Source of the DNA: Octopus sinensis
Taxonomy: Eukaryota
Assembly (NCBI RefSeq): GCF_006345805.1
Contig: NC_043011.1
Location: forward strand, 26,300,464-26,364,463
Direction: 5' to 3'
Length of the DNA: 64,000 nt
Position numbers and translations under genes: made by a program. Each line of letters starts with the position of its first letter. Within the stretch, counting starts at the first letter, position 1. Positions 1-12,547 of this stretch are shown here, in pieces. Under the pieces are notes generated by a model. It saw only the letters and a list, made by a program, of their open reading frames with translations, was not told the DNA's origin and ran no database searches.

Positions 1-84
1 ACAAAGTGATTCTGTCACAGATAGAAAGGCAGATTGCATGATGCTTATGTACAAAGTAACGAAACATAGGTACTGATATACGAG

Positions 85-118
<34 letters not shown>

Positions 119-1084
119 TAATAAAATAGAACATATGCATATATATAAACATATGTACGTACCTACCTTTACATGTACATATACACGCATATATGTGTAC
201 AGGACACCAAAAAGACGTCGAACATGAGAGAGACGAAAAACATAGACACAAACCAAGGAACAGGACAAGCAAAAAAGAAAAAAAAGGATACAGGACAATA
301 AGCACAACGAAAAAATCCCCTTCTTCAGTCGCTAAGGTTTCATCTACTCTACGTTTCGAAGGATAAAAGCGAGACGTATACTTCGAAGAACTTCCTTCCT
401 GCGAAAGCAAATCAATTAAAATTCTGAGATCTTTTCGCAGAGGGGTAAAAATGGTAAAAAAAGCAAGACGGTAACGACAGTACAAACATATAAACAGTAA
501 AAAAAAAAAAAAAAAATTATATAAACAGTTGAAAATAAATATATAACAGTGAGAGACAGGACAAGGAGACAGATAATCCGAAGGTGTTGTTTACGCCAGA
601 CGAAAAAAGTAATGCAAACGCTGGATTATAGTGGACACGAGAGAGAGAAGGAATGTCGACCAGTGGCCTAGAAGGCGGGCGAGAAAAGACAGGATAGCAG
701 TTTACGACGGAAGTATCGTCGCAGATGGACGACGGAATGGGGGAGGAGGAGCAAGAGGAAGAGAGAGAAGAAGGGGAATGGGTGCGAGGAGACCATGAAG
801 AATGGTGAGGGGAGGGAGAGAGAGAGAATGAAGAATGAGAGAGAGAGGAAGAGACAGTTAAGTGAGGGAAAAAGACGAAAAAGGGAATGGGAGAGAAAGA
901 AAGAAAGAAAGATGAAGAGTCGCGTGAGAGTTAATATCAAGGCTAACTTGATAAACCGAACAATCTTACTTAATAGGGTGCGTGCGTTTAGTCGTATAAT
1001 ATGTTTATATATATATATATATATATATAAAATTTATATATAAAATTTGTTGAAAAAAAGCTGCAATAATTATGTACCAATCCA

Positions 1085-1126
<42 letters not shown>

Positions 1127-1297
1127 ATATTAGGAGTATTAGGGAGTTGCCTAATAGTGGTTTTATTCTAATAATCTATATATATAATATTAGGGACTAT
1201 ATTAGGGAGTTGTCTAATATACTGAACTAATATATAATATATATATATATATTATTATATATATGAGATATATATATAATTATATATATATATATAT

Positions 1298-1328
<31 letters not shown>

Positions 1329-1337
<9 letters not shown>

Positions 1338-1583
1338 GGTACATAATTATTGTAGCTTTTTTCAACAAATTTTATTCAACAAAAACAATAACAACATGTA
1401 GCAAAAACATCTTTCCGTGATTATTTCGGAGCATATTCACCATCTACTTCAATTACTACTGACCATTTGCTTGGCAGACGGTCAGACCGTCATTTAAAGA
1501 TGTTTTTGTTGAATATTGTTATTGTTTTTGCTGAATAAAATTTGTTGATAAAAAAGCCGCAATAATTATACACTGACCCAATA
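1329..1583. mobile_element. Mariner-derived MITE
   Basis: ~65-bp imperfect terminal inverted repeats (ttggattggtacataattatt... / ...aataattatacactgacccaa) embedded in TA repeats. Confidence 0.65.
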
Positions 1584-1601
1584 TATGTGTGTATGTGTGT
1601 A

Positions 1602-1667
<66 letters not shown>

Positions 1668-1950
1668 CGTTTATCAATTCGTTTTGCAAGATTCCTGATG
1701 TGAAATCCTGTATATTTTTTCTTCCCTCGTTTATCACTCGTTTATTTTATTATTTCAACTCATGTTCCGGACAATGGACATGAGTAAAAATAATAAAATA
1801 AGAATGGAATAAACGAGTGAACAAAAGATATTTGTGCATGTGTTTTATTTGGCAAACAAAAATGACCATCCCGAAATACAACACTATATATATGTAATAT
1901 ATATAATATATCATATATATATATATATATATATCTACATATACATATAA

Positions 1951-2424
1951 ATTTTATTTTCTGAATGTACATATAATGCCATTTTATTTCATTAAGTTTT
2001 AAAAATTAAATCATCTAAATGCCTCCCATCACTGTCAACACACTGTTGGAGACGTTCATGAAAGTTATCGATAACTCTATGGATCATTTCTTCTGGAATG
2101 GTTGCTATTTCTACACAAATTGCACGTTTTAATTCATCAATAGATCGAGGGCGATGACTGAATACTTTTGATTTTAAATATCCCCACAAAAAGAAATCAC
2201 ATTTCACCATTCCAGAAGAAATGATCCATAACTTTCATGAACGTCTCCAACAGTGTGTTGACAATGATGGGAAGCATTTAGCTGATTTAGTTTTTAAAAC
2301 TTAATGGAATAAAATGGCATTATGTGTACATTCAGAAAATAAAACTTTTCTTTTTTTCATTATTTCTTATTTTGTGCTTTTATTAAGCCTCCAAATGTGT
2401 CAGATCATTTTGGTCCACCCTGTA
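1951..2424. mobile_element. Tc1/mariner (rosa/DD41D-like) transposase 3' end, present as an inverted duplication
   Basis: The minus copy encodes CDFFLWGYLKSKVF...GRHLDDLIFKT*. The plus copy (2205-2424) ends in a TIR-like ...ccaccctgTA. Confidence 0.75.
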
Positions 2425-2749
2425 TAAAAGATATCTGGCAAAATCAGAAACTAAAATGAGATACATCTACTGGTGGGTATTTCTTACATTTGAAGGGAAT
2501 TTCTCGTAATCGCATAAATTTATATCGGATATCTTTTGCAAGCTTGCAAATTGGAAAACGATCTCTTGCAATCTTAGAAATTTGAAGAAAACCTTCCACA
2601 AAATATCACAACTTTGAAAAGGAAATTACTTCTGACTTGACATATTTGTGCGGAATGTTTGATAGTATGAGATATTTGAAGAGGAATACTTGCAAGGTCA
2701 CAAGTTTTGTAGGGGATCTACTCGGAGCTCACATGCAGCGGAATTAAAA

Positions 2750-2851
2750 TGAAGGAAGGAAGGAAGGAAGGAGGAGGAGGAGGAGGTAGACGACGATGAT
2801 AAAGAAGAAGAAGAAGAAGATGATGATGATGATGATGATGATGAAGAAGAA

Positions 2852-2884
<33 letters not shown>

Positions 2885-3137
2885 GATGAGGAAGAAGAAG
2901 AAGATGATGATGATTATGATGATGATGATGAAGAAGAAGAGGAAGAAGAAGATGATGATGATGATGATGAAGATGATGATGAAGAAGAAGAGGAAGAGGA
3001 AGAAGATGATGATGAAGAAGAAGAGGAAGAGGAAGAAGAAGAAGATGATGATGATGAAGAAGAAGAGGAAGAGGAAGAAGAAGAAGAAGAAGAAGAAGAA
3101 GAAGAAGAAGAAGAAGAAGAAGAAGAAGAAGAAGAAG
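2750..3137. repeat. Compound (GAT)n/(GAA)n microsatellite
   Basis: Read directly from the sequence. Confidence 0.97.
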
Positions 3138-3225
3138 ACCGCCCAGTGAACGTAATCAAGAGATACATATTAGACAGGTAAATGTTAATTTGTCAGACAG
3201 TAGTTATGTATTAAGTTCCACTTAC

Positions 3226-3286
3226 TTGGAAATGATGTCCAGGGTTGGTTTCGTGTAGAGTGAGAGGTAACATCGTAAAGGTCGAC
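3226..3286 (-). CDS. DUF885 gene exon with putative metal-binding motif: STFTMLPLTLHETNPGHHFQ
   Basis: Acceptor ttcctcaaAG, donor CAA|GTAAGT. 61 bp, phase 2-0. HExxPGHH motif characteristic of DUF885. Confidence 0.95.
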
Positions 3287-3400
3287 CTTTGAGGAATATT
3301 AATACAGACATATTAAAAACACTCCAATTAAATCAGTGTGTGTGTGTGTGTGTGTGTGTACGTGTACGCACGCGAGTATTTTTTAAAATTTTTTAAATTT

Positions 3401-3770
3401 TTTCTTTTACTTGTTTCAGTCATTCGACTGCGGCCATGCTGGAGCACCGCCTTCAGTCGAGCAAATCGACCCCGGGACTTATTCTTTGTAAGCCCAGTAC
3501 TTATTCTATCGGTCTCTTTTTGCCGAACCGCTAATGACGGGGATGTAAACACACCAGCACACAAACACACACACATACATATATATAATATATATATACA
3601 TATATACGACAGGCTTCTTTCAGTTTCCGTCTACCAAATCCACTCACAAGGCATTGGTCGGCCCGGGGCTATAGTAGAAGACACTTGCCCAAGGTGCCAC
3701 ACAGTGGGACTGAACCCGGAACCATGTGGTTGGTTAGCAAGCTACTTACCACACAGCCACTCCTGCGCCT
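3401..3770 (-). mobile_element. tRNA-derived SINE family A (octopus-type), full length
   Basis: tRNA-like head with A/B-box-like motifs (tggctgtgtggtaag...ggttcagtccc), internal TA/TG microsatellite and ...gactgaaacaagtaaaaga tail. Many copies in the window. Confidence 0.85.
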
Positions 3771-4002
3771 ATGTTTATAACTTTATATTTATACAAGCAG
3801 ATGTGTTCGCTGAAGCCTGAGTATTGCATCAAAGTGACGAGTAACAAGAGGTGATCAAGGGCGAATTGACCACCGTCTCTGATATGTTTAGCTGACACAT
3901 TAATGTCTTGTGTATTGGTTCATGCATACATATAAATATATGTAAGAGAGTAGGTCATGGTTTGAAGGGAAATTAGCTGCTATTTCTACTACTTTTTGAC
4001 AT

Positions 4003-4173
4003 AGGCGTAGGAGTGGCTGTGTGGTAAGTAGCTTGCTTACGAACCACATGGTTCCGAGTTCAGTCCCACTGCGTAGCACCTTGGGCAAGTGTCTTCTACT
4101 ATAGCCTCGGGCCGGCCAAAGCCTTGTGAGTGGATTTGGTAGACGGAAACTAAAAGAAGCCCGTCGTATATGT

Positions 4174-4205
<32 letters not shown>

Positions 4206-4444
4206 GTGTGTACGTGTGTGCCTATATGTTTCTGCGTCTGTTTGTCTCCCCAACATCGCTTCACATCCGATGCTGGTGTGTTTACGTTTCCGTAACTTAG
4301 CGGTTCGGCAAAAGAGACCGATAGAATAAGTACTAGGCTTACAAAGGATAAGTCCTGGGGTTGATTCGCTCGACTAAAGGCGGTGCTCCAGCATGGCCAC
4401 AGCCAAATGACTGAAACAAGTAAAAGAGTAAAAGAGTAAAGAGT
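4003..4444 (+). mobile_element. SINE family A, full length
   Basis: Same consensus as 3401-3770 in the opposite orientation, with a (gtaaaaga)n tail. Confidence 0.85.
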
Positions 4445-4577
4445 ATCATGTGGAAGCTCTGCTGTTAATGGAGACAATGAGGTTGTGATTTGAAGGAGAT
4501 TGGTTGCTTCTTTTATGGTGAAGCTATAATACAGATTTGCCTCTCGCTGGCTCATACCTATATATATATATATATAT

Positions 4578-4657
<80 letters not shown>

Positions 4658-5554
4658 TATGTAGGTATATATATATATATAAGCCAATAGAGTATGGTTA
4701 TAAGGAAATTTGGTTGTTATATTAGCAGGTCGAGGCAGCACTTAGAGGCATCGTTGCTATTCTTAAGTACATATATAAATTAAGACAGTAGGGTGTAATT
4801 TGAGTGGTCTGGCAATTATTTCTAACAGATAGATCTCCATTGCTCGTTGATACATATATAAACAGACATATATACAAACACACACACACTACTTTTTTCC
4901 TTATCATTATTGAAAGACAATAGTGTGTGATTTTAGAGTGACTTGACTTCAATTTTTCACTGTTAAATTTATACAATTCTTCACAATCGACTGCCCTTTC
5001 CCAAAAATTTCAGATCTTATGCTTATTTATAGAAAAGGATATTTAGATAAGCCTAACCGATATTTTATAATTTATTCATATTCTCCTCTGGAAGAGTTAC
5101 TTCTCGCTAATACATTGAATCATAAATCGGATATCTTGTTATATTAGATATTGGGACGTAAAACCTGACTCAACATTGAAAGGATTCTGACATATATCAT
5201 TTCTGAGACATGTGAAGACAGTGCTGAAAAACGTGGCAGTGCAACAGAGAAATAATCAGGCATCGGTTTTGGAGAAGAAACATATAGCTTCAGCGTAGTT
5301 CACACGGTGTGCAATAAATGCATGGATCGTTCCCTGCCAGTGAGTTTGTTATTCATATTTGATGTTAAATTGACTTTAAAAAGACATCAGATCTAATGTT
5401 TGTAGATCTCTCTCTCTCTTCTCTTCTCTTTTCCTCACTCCTGTGGGTGGGTGCGCGCGCGCGAATTGCTTTATTAATGTCTGCTTTGCACTCAGGAATT
5501 ACCAAACGAATACTCACAAAACTATCTCACAGGGAAGAATTATATAAATTTAGT

Positions 5555-6135
5555 TTCAATTTTTGGCACGAAGCCAGCAATCTAGGGGAGGTGGTAAATC
5601 AATTACATTGAGCCCCAGTGTTCAGCTGGTACTTATTTTATTGACACCGAATGGACGAAAGGCAAAGCCGGCCTCGGCGGGTTTTGAGCTCAGAACGTAA
5701 AGACGGTCGAAATGCCGCTAAGCATTTTGTCCGGCGTTCTAACGATTCTTATTTCTTTATTGCCCACAAGGAGCTACACACAGAAGGGACAAACAAGGAC
5801 AGACAAACGGATTAAGTCGATTATATCGACCCCAGTTCGTAACTGGTATTTATTTAATCGACCCCGAAAGGATGAAAGGCAAAGTTGACCTCTTCGGAAT
5901 TTGAACTCAGAACGTAATACCTATTTCTTTACTACCCACAAGGGGCTAAAACACAGAGGAGACAAACAAGGACGGATTAAATTGATTATATCGACCCCAG
6001 TGCGTAACTGGTACTTAATTTATCGACCCCGAAAGGATGAAAGGCAAAGTCGACCTCGGCGGAATTTGAACTCAGAACGTAATACCGCTAAGCATTTCGC
6101 CCGGTGTTCTAACGATTCTACCATCTTGCCACCTT
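5555..6135 (-). mobile_element. Cluster of nested SINE family B copies
   Basis: Repeated core gactttgcctttcatcctttcggggtcgataaattaagtaccag (resembles a Meta/Sauria-type SINE central domain) and a gagttcaaattcc B-box. Confidence 0.8.
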
Positions 6136-6685
6136 AGGATTATTTAAACATCTACAACACTAAATAATCTGTAGATAGATGTTTTACTTGAGCTAACGAG
6201 GGAGTCTTCACGTGGCCGCTTGATCTGCTAGAAATAGCATACAAATCTCCCTCATAGTAATCACAACACAGTGTCTTAAAAAAAGAGCTTATTGGATATG
6301 CTACTTACTCGCATTGTATCTACGAAAAAGACGGCATGGTCACGGTTGACATGTTTCATTGATTGGTTCGCTCGATTACAGCTGAACTGGATTGAAAAGC
6401 TAACGACTAAACTTGTACGTGACTGCTCAACCCGCTAGAAATAGCAGCCAAATCTCACTCACATCACCGTCTTTAATGAACACATATAATATAAATCCGT
6501 TAATCCCAAATCTGCGCGAGTAGGACTGATCTGGAGCCAAACAACAGCAATGACAATAACAACAGTTTTATTGCTAAGACGGGAAGGAATTAAAGACTGG
6601 ACGGATTTTGTTGAAGTCTTTGTGTTGCTTTCGATAGTATCTTGGTGGATGGTGGTAACGGTGAGATATCTCTGGAACAGTGTAC

Positions 6686-6785
6686 ATCACCATCGTCATC
6701 ATCAGTATCATCATCACTATATTTACTGCTACTACTATGATCAGTGTCCCTCTCCTCCTCCTCCTCCTCATCATCATCATCATCA

Positions 6786-6817
<32 letters not shown>

Positions 6818-6833
6818 GTCATCGTCATCGTCG

Positions 6834-6896
<63 letters not shown>

Positions 6897-7190
6897 CCAC
6901 CACCATCACCATCATCATTATCATCATCATGAACGACAACAACTACGACAAACGTATCACCTATCAAAACACCTTTAAAAAAAATCTCAACCACAGCAAC
7001 AACAACAACAACAAAAGCAACAAGCCAAAACAACTTTATCAACAACAACAACAACAACAACAGCAAACAATAACATGAAAAACATCACGAACAAGAGAGA
7101 AAGGAAAACAACTATAACAACAATCCCTAAGAACAAAAACAACAGCAAATACAAGAACAACAACATACAACAAGAACAAAACAACATCCA
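6686..7190. repeat. (CAT)n followed by (AAC)n-rich microsatellite
   Basis: Read directly from the sequence. Confidence 0.95.
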
Positions 7191-7225
7191 AGATATACAC
7201 TTCTTTTTTTTTTCTCTTCACTTAC

Positions 7226-7309
7226 CTGTCTTCCGGCCATCTGACGTTAACACGAAATACATTTCTGCCATACGATCCCCAGGGGGCGTTGTTTTCAACC
7301 CCCGCCACT
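7226..7309 (-). CDS. DUF885 gene exon: VAGVENNAPWGSYGRNVFRVNVRWPED(R)
   Basis: Acceptor ttttcctgttatatgcAG, donor CAG|GTAAGT. 84 bp, phase 2-2. Confidence 0.9.
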
Positions 7310-7500
7310 CTGCATATAACAGGAAAAGAGAGTAAAGGGGAAAAAGAAAAGAAAAGAAATGAAATTAACTTTTCATTTCTCATTTCGTCGTTATTTTGCC
7401 TCAGGAACATGAGTTAGACTAATTAATGGTGTTAGAATAAGACTAATTAAAATCTGTTGATACTGCTTAATTTAGCAGAAAAAGATTCTGGAGTGATACA

Positions 7501-8140
7501 GGTGGTGGTGGTGGTGGTGGTTGTGGTGGTGGTGGCGGTTGTGGTGGTGGTTGTGGTGGTAGTGGTGGTTGTGGTGGTGGTGGTTGTGGTGGTGGTTGTG
7601 GTGGTGGTGGTGGTTGTGGTGGTTGTGGTGGTGGTGGTGGTGGTGGTGGTGGTGGTTGTGGTGGTGGTTGTGGTGGTGGTTGTGGTGGTGGTGGTGGTGG
7701 TGGTGTGGTTGTGGTGGTGTTGTGGTGGTGGTGGTTGTGGTGGTGGTGTGGTGGTGGTGGTGGTTGTGGTGGTTGTGGTGGTGGTGGGTGGTGGTGGTGG
7801 TGGTGGTTGTGGTTGGTGGTTGTGGTGGGGTGGTGGTGGTGGTGTGGTGGTGGTGGTGCTTGTGGTGGTGCTTGTGGTGGAGGTGGTGGAGGTGGAGGTG
7901 GTTGTGGTGGTGGTGGTGGTGGTGGTGATAGTTGTGGTGGTGGTTGTGGTGGTGGTTGTGGTTGTGGTGGTGGTGGTGGTGGTGGTGGGGTGGTGGTGGT
8001 GGTTGGTGGTGGTGGTGGTGGTGGTGGTGGGGATGGTGTTTGTAGTTGTGGTGGTGGTGGTGGTGATCGCCGTAGTTGTCGCCATCGTGGCCGTCGTCGT
8101 TGCCGTTCGTTTTTGACGGTTGTGGTGGTGGTGGTGATGG
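7501..8140. repeat. Long imperfect (GGT)n microsatellite
   Basis: Read directly from the sequence; ~640 bp. Confidence 0.97.
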
Positions 8141-8310
8141 CGGTTTTGTTAAATTTGTGACGTTTAGCTGTCTGGTAACGTGTTTCGTGTTGCGGAAAAG
8201 AGAGGCAGTGAGAGAAATGACATGCACATACTGAAAAAGAAGTATGAGTGTGTATGTGTGTGTGGTGTGTGTGTGTGTGTGTGTATATATGTATGTATAT
8301 ATATATATAT

Positions 8311-8380
<70 letters not shown>

Positions 8381-8407
8381 GTGTGTGTGTGTGTGGTGTG
8401 TGTGTTG

Positions 8408-8441
<34 letters not shown>

Positions 8442-8946
8442 CATGCATGCATGCATGTATGTATGGCGATATTATTTTCTTCCTGTTCCTTTAGATTTTC
8501 CCATGTTTCTCATTTCCGAAGGAGAGCTACGATCGAAACGTAAAACAACCACTCTTTTCTTTCTCTGAACGTCTTATTAATGCTTTGCATGTGTTACGTT
8601 CTCACGTTGTGTTTTTTTTCTTGTCATTTTCTCTATTTTTTAGCTTGTTTACCAACCACATGGTACCGGGTTCAGTCCCACTGCGTGGCACCTTGGGCAA
8701 GTGTCTTCTACTATAGCCTCGGGCCGACCAAAGCCTTGTGAGTGGATTTGGTAGACGGCTTAGTGATTTTACACATTATTAAGAGCGGGTGAGTATGTGA
8801 GTGTGTGCGAGTGTGAAGGATTTTTAGTGTGTTAGTGACTTTTAGCGAACTATATACAAGAATAAGCCTAACTTTGATAGTAGGTGCTGACCTAACTCTA
8901 AAAAGCAATAACATGGGATCTACATTAAGTAAATCATCATTCTTAC

Positions 8947-9041
8947 CTGACCTCTTCAAGTGGAACATGGTGGAATATATTGAATAAAACTGGATTCACT
9001 CGTTTCTGTATAATGTCCCTGTATTCATCTATTATTTTTGA
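8947..9041 (-). CDS. DUF885 gene exon: SKIIDEYRDIIQKRVNPVLFNIFHHVPLEEV(R)
   Basis: Acceptor ctctcatttcAG, donor CAG|GTAAGA. 95 bp, phase 0-2. Confidence 0.92.
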
Positions 9042-10774
9042 CTGAAATGAGAGGACAGCATTAAATTAACGTATTTATACTCAATTCATATTTAATTAAT
9101 TACTGTGTTGCTTTATAATTTACGGGGTCGGAATGGAAATATTTCAGGTAGGAAGTAACGGTTGCTTGGAATGAATGATTTCAGTCAGACTAATTTGAAG
9201 ACTGAAGGCGGTGGTTTGGAGAGTCTATTGATCGAGTGTAGAGGAACCGAAGATATTAGAAAACCTATTGCCTCAGTGTATGGTGTAGTATGTAGTGGAG
9301 AGTCTGTTTAGTAAGTGAAGGGGTGAGGAAGGTGTTTGTGAATTTATTGTTTGAGTATAGGAGAGTTTGAGATGTAGGGTAATGACCGAGTACGCAGGAG
9401 AAGGCATTGGAGAGTTTATTTACTGAGTGTAGAAAAGGGAAAGGCAGCGAACTGGAGGACTCGTTAGCACGTCGGGCGAAATACCTAGCTGCATTGCTTC
9501 TGGCTGTTTACATTATGAGTTCAAATCCCGTCAAAGTCAACTTTTCTTTTGATCCCTTCGGGATCAATAAAATAAAATACCAGTCAAATAGTAGGGGTCA
9601 ATGTAATCAAGTCGTTTTCTCCCCTCAAAAGTACTGGTTTTGGTTCCTGCTTGCAACGGACTAGCGTCCCGTTCAGGGATATGTTGTAAATTCGGTGACT
9701 TGTGCGCATTAATCGGACAACCGGTTTTGTAAATCTTAGAGCTCAAGAAAAAATTTAAAACAAAGAAGAGAAAAAAAAAGAGACGTTTTATCTCTTATCA
9801 TTTACATTTTACTTGTTTCAGTCATTGGACAGCGATCATGTTGGGGCACTGCTTTGAAGGATTTAATCGGACAAATCGACTCCAGTAGTTGCTTTTTTTT
9901 TAAGTCTGGTACTCACTTTATCGGTCTCGTTTTTCCTAACCACTAAATTACAAGGATATAAACCAACACCGGTTGTCAAACAGTGAGATTGGGATAAACA
10001 CAAACATAAAGACACCCCCTTCACACACATGTATTATTCGACGGGGATTGTTTCAGTTTCCGTCAACCAAATCCACTCACAACGCTCTGATCGGCCCGAG
10101 ACTATAGTAGAAGATACTAGCCGAAGGTGCCACGCATTGGGACTGAACCCGGAGCCATATTTGTAGCGTAAATGTAGAGAAGGGGAAAATATTTAATTCT
10201 TTATTGCCCACAAGGGTCTAAACATAGAGGGGACAGACAAAGGGGCTAAGTCGATTACATCGACTCCAGTGCGTAACTGGTACTTATTTAATTGACCCCG
10301 AAAGGATGAAAGGCAAAGTCAACCTCGGCAGAATTTGAACTCAGAACGTAGCAGCAGACAAAATACCAATAAGCATTTCGCCTATTGGAGAGTATTGGCT
10401 GTTTATAGAAGAGGCAAAGATATTGATTTCAAATTTGGACAAAAGACTGGCAATTTCGGGGGAGGGGTAAGGCGATTGCTGTGACTCCGGTAATCAACTT
10501 GTACTTATTTTATTGGCCCAGAAAAGTTGAAAAGCAAAGTCGCACCCGGCGGAATTTGAACTCAGAACGTAAAAACGGACGTAATACCACTAAACATTCC
10601 ACCCCACCCCCCGACATGCTAACTATTTTGACCGCTCGCCGCCTTAGATGAGACGAAGATATTGCAGACTTTATTGACTGAGTGTAGAGGAGAGAACAGT
10701 ACTGAGGAGTTAAGTGACAGAGTAAAGTGGAGAGGAAGGTATTGATTTAACTATAGCGGGAAGGAACGTTATAG

Positions 10775-11290
10775 AGCAATGGTTTAACCGGGGTTTACAT
10801 GTCCCATGGGGGTCCACATAAGATTTTACTGTTAAAATTTACGCGCAAGGAACTGGTCATACTTCTCCAATACACAAATTTTTTAAAACAATTTTTAATA
10901 CAATTCCGCATAATATTTGATTATAAAAATATAATAGGATTTTTTAAAACATCAAATGACTATGGGGGTCCAGAAAAATAAAATAGGAATCAAAGGGGTC
11001 CGTAAAGGTAAAGTTACCTTCTCGAGTCATACTGACTCATAAGGGCCGATTTCCTGATTTCATGGTGTATGTATATTCCCCGCCTGGACGGGACGCCGGT
11101 CCGTCGCAGGATTACTAATTTTTGAAAGCTAGGTGGACTGGAGCAACGTGAAATGAAGTGTTCTGCAACGCATCGCCCGGTCCAGGAATAGAAACCACAA
11201 TCTTAGAACCCTAAGTCCAACTCCCTAACCACTGAGCCACGCGCCTCCACTCAGGGGTCCATCAGTAAAATATGGTTGGAAAACACTGTT
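10775..11290. mobile_element. hAT-like non-autonomous element interrupted by a tRNA-derived SINE (family C, ~11006-11250, minus strand)
   Basis: Ends ...tggtttaacc / ggttggaaacactg resemble CAGTGGTT.TCAACC TIRs. The internal ggggtcca motifs recur at 14305-14658. Confidence 0.55.
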
Positions 11291-11570
11291 ACATAGGGTC
11301 TACTGATCGAGTGTAGGAGAGGAAAGTATAAACTGAATTTGGAAGAGGAAATCCTGAAAATTGTGGAACTATTAAACTTTCATCCAAACTCTGTGGTCAT
11401 TAGCAAATGAAGTTAATGAGTTTGAAATTGCCTCCTTCAAATATGAAAGCTTCATCGCATCTCGGTCAGAAAGCAAACATGAATGCGTGTGTGTGTATCC
11501 ATATATATATATAACAGAAAAGTCTAATTCTTCAATTGAATGTAACCGGGCAACGCCGGTATCTCTGCTA

Positions 11571-11648
<78 letters not shown>

Positions 11649-12135
11649 ATATATGAAACACGGAATCGCGTTTCTGTGCTCAGCTACTCTCTAAGATCAT
11701 TAACAAGTTAAGCGAATGAGTTTTTCCAGGGACGAATAATGAACACTTCCGACCATTCGAACGATCAGGAGTGACATTTTCACTCGCGTGAAACATTAAG
11801 CGTCGAGATTCTTAAAACAAATTGTTGATAGAAATATATTAAAACTCTAGGAAACTCTACGATGTCGATCAACGAATGTCGTTTTCTTTCGTTTTACCCC
11901 TATATGATAGATAGACTGACAGGCAGATATACATACGTACGTACGTACATACATACATACATACATACATACATACATACATACATACATACATACATAC
12001 AAAGACAGATATATAGATAGACAGACAGGCAGATACATAGACATACATACATACATACATACATACATACAGACAGACAGACAGACAGACAGATAGATAG
12101 ACATAGATAGATAGACAGATAGATAGATAGTTATT

Positions 12136-12187
<52 letters not shown>

Positions 12188-12219
12188 CAGATAGACTGAC
12201 GAAATTCATAGCAACTTAC

Positions 12220-12306
12220 TTCGGAAATGTTGTAAAATTCTGGAATATCTTTAAGGTGGTTGAAAAACTCTTTTAAATCTCCGTGGAAATTCAGCTGTGA
12301 CATAAC
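12220..12306 (-). CDS. DUF885 gene exon: VMSQLNFHGDLKEFFNHLKDIPEFYNISE
   Basis: Acceptor tttcttttAG, donor GAA|GTAAGT. 87 bp, phase 0-0. F.G...EF...L...P.F pattern. Confidence 0.93.
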
Positions 12307-12547
12307 CTAAAAGAAATGTGAAGAATACAGTAATCAATTGAGTTTCAGATGGTTCACAACTTTCTAATTACCTATTTCACAGCAGCCCTTACGTTGTTCT
12401 TGACGACTATTTAACTTATTTAATATAATGTGCATCAAGCATCCATTTATAAGAATTATATTAAAAGACGGCATTACATCGAAGTTTTGAATTAAAACTT
12501 GTCTTTTGAAAACCGTTCGCTGCTGAGAGAATAGAACAATCACTTAC

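Noticed and set aside
2796-3168. Poly-K/M and poly-S ORFs
   Set aside because: Translations of a (GAT)/(GAA) microsatellite.
1-3225. Remaining 3' exons of the DUF885 gene (EGW.LY.E motif)
   Set aside because: No phase-0 exon with that motif was found by eye; it is presumed to lie beyond position 1.
3338-4555. Recurring ORFs such as LLVSVIRLRPCWSTAF, RRASFSFRLPNPLTRLWSAR and YRPRKDERQSRPRRNLNSE
   Set aside because: Chance translations of SINE A and B consensus sequences that recur in all orientations; not a protein family.
6574-6672. Possible extra exon (EISHRYHHPPRYY...) after a ttccAG
   Set aside because: No suitable donor, and that frame ends in a stop. The flanking exons already join in frame with the expected motif spacing.
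6550-8568. Long ORFs (up to 329 aa) rich in His, Val, Thr, Pro, Gly or Asp
   Set aside because: These are stop-free readings of (CAT)n, (GGT)n and (TG)n microsatellites, open in many frames on both strands, inside introns of the real gene.
9215-9440. CRISPR-like repeat/spacer pattern
   Set aside because: The units are degenerate along their whole length with no invariant repeat or unique spacers. There are no cas genes and the context is eukaryotic.
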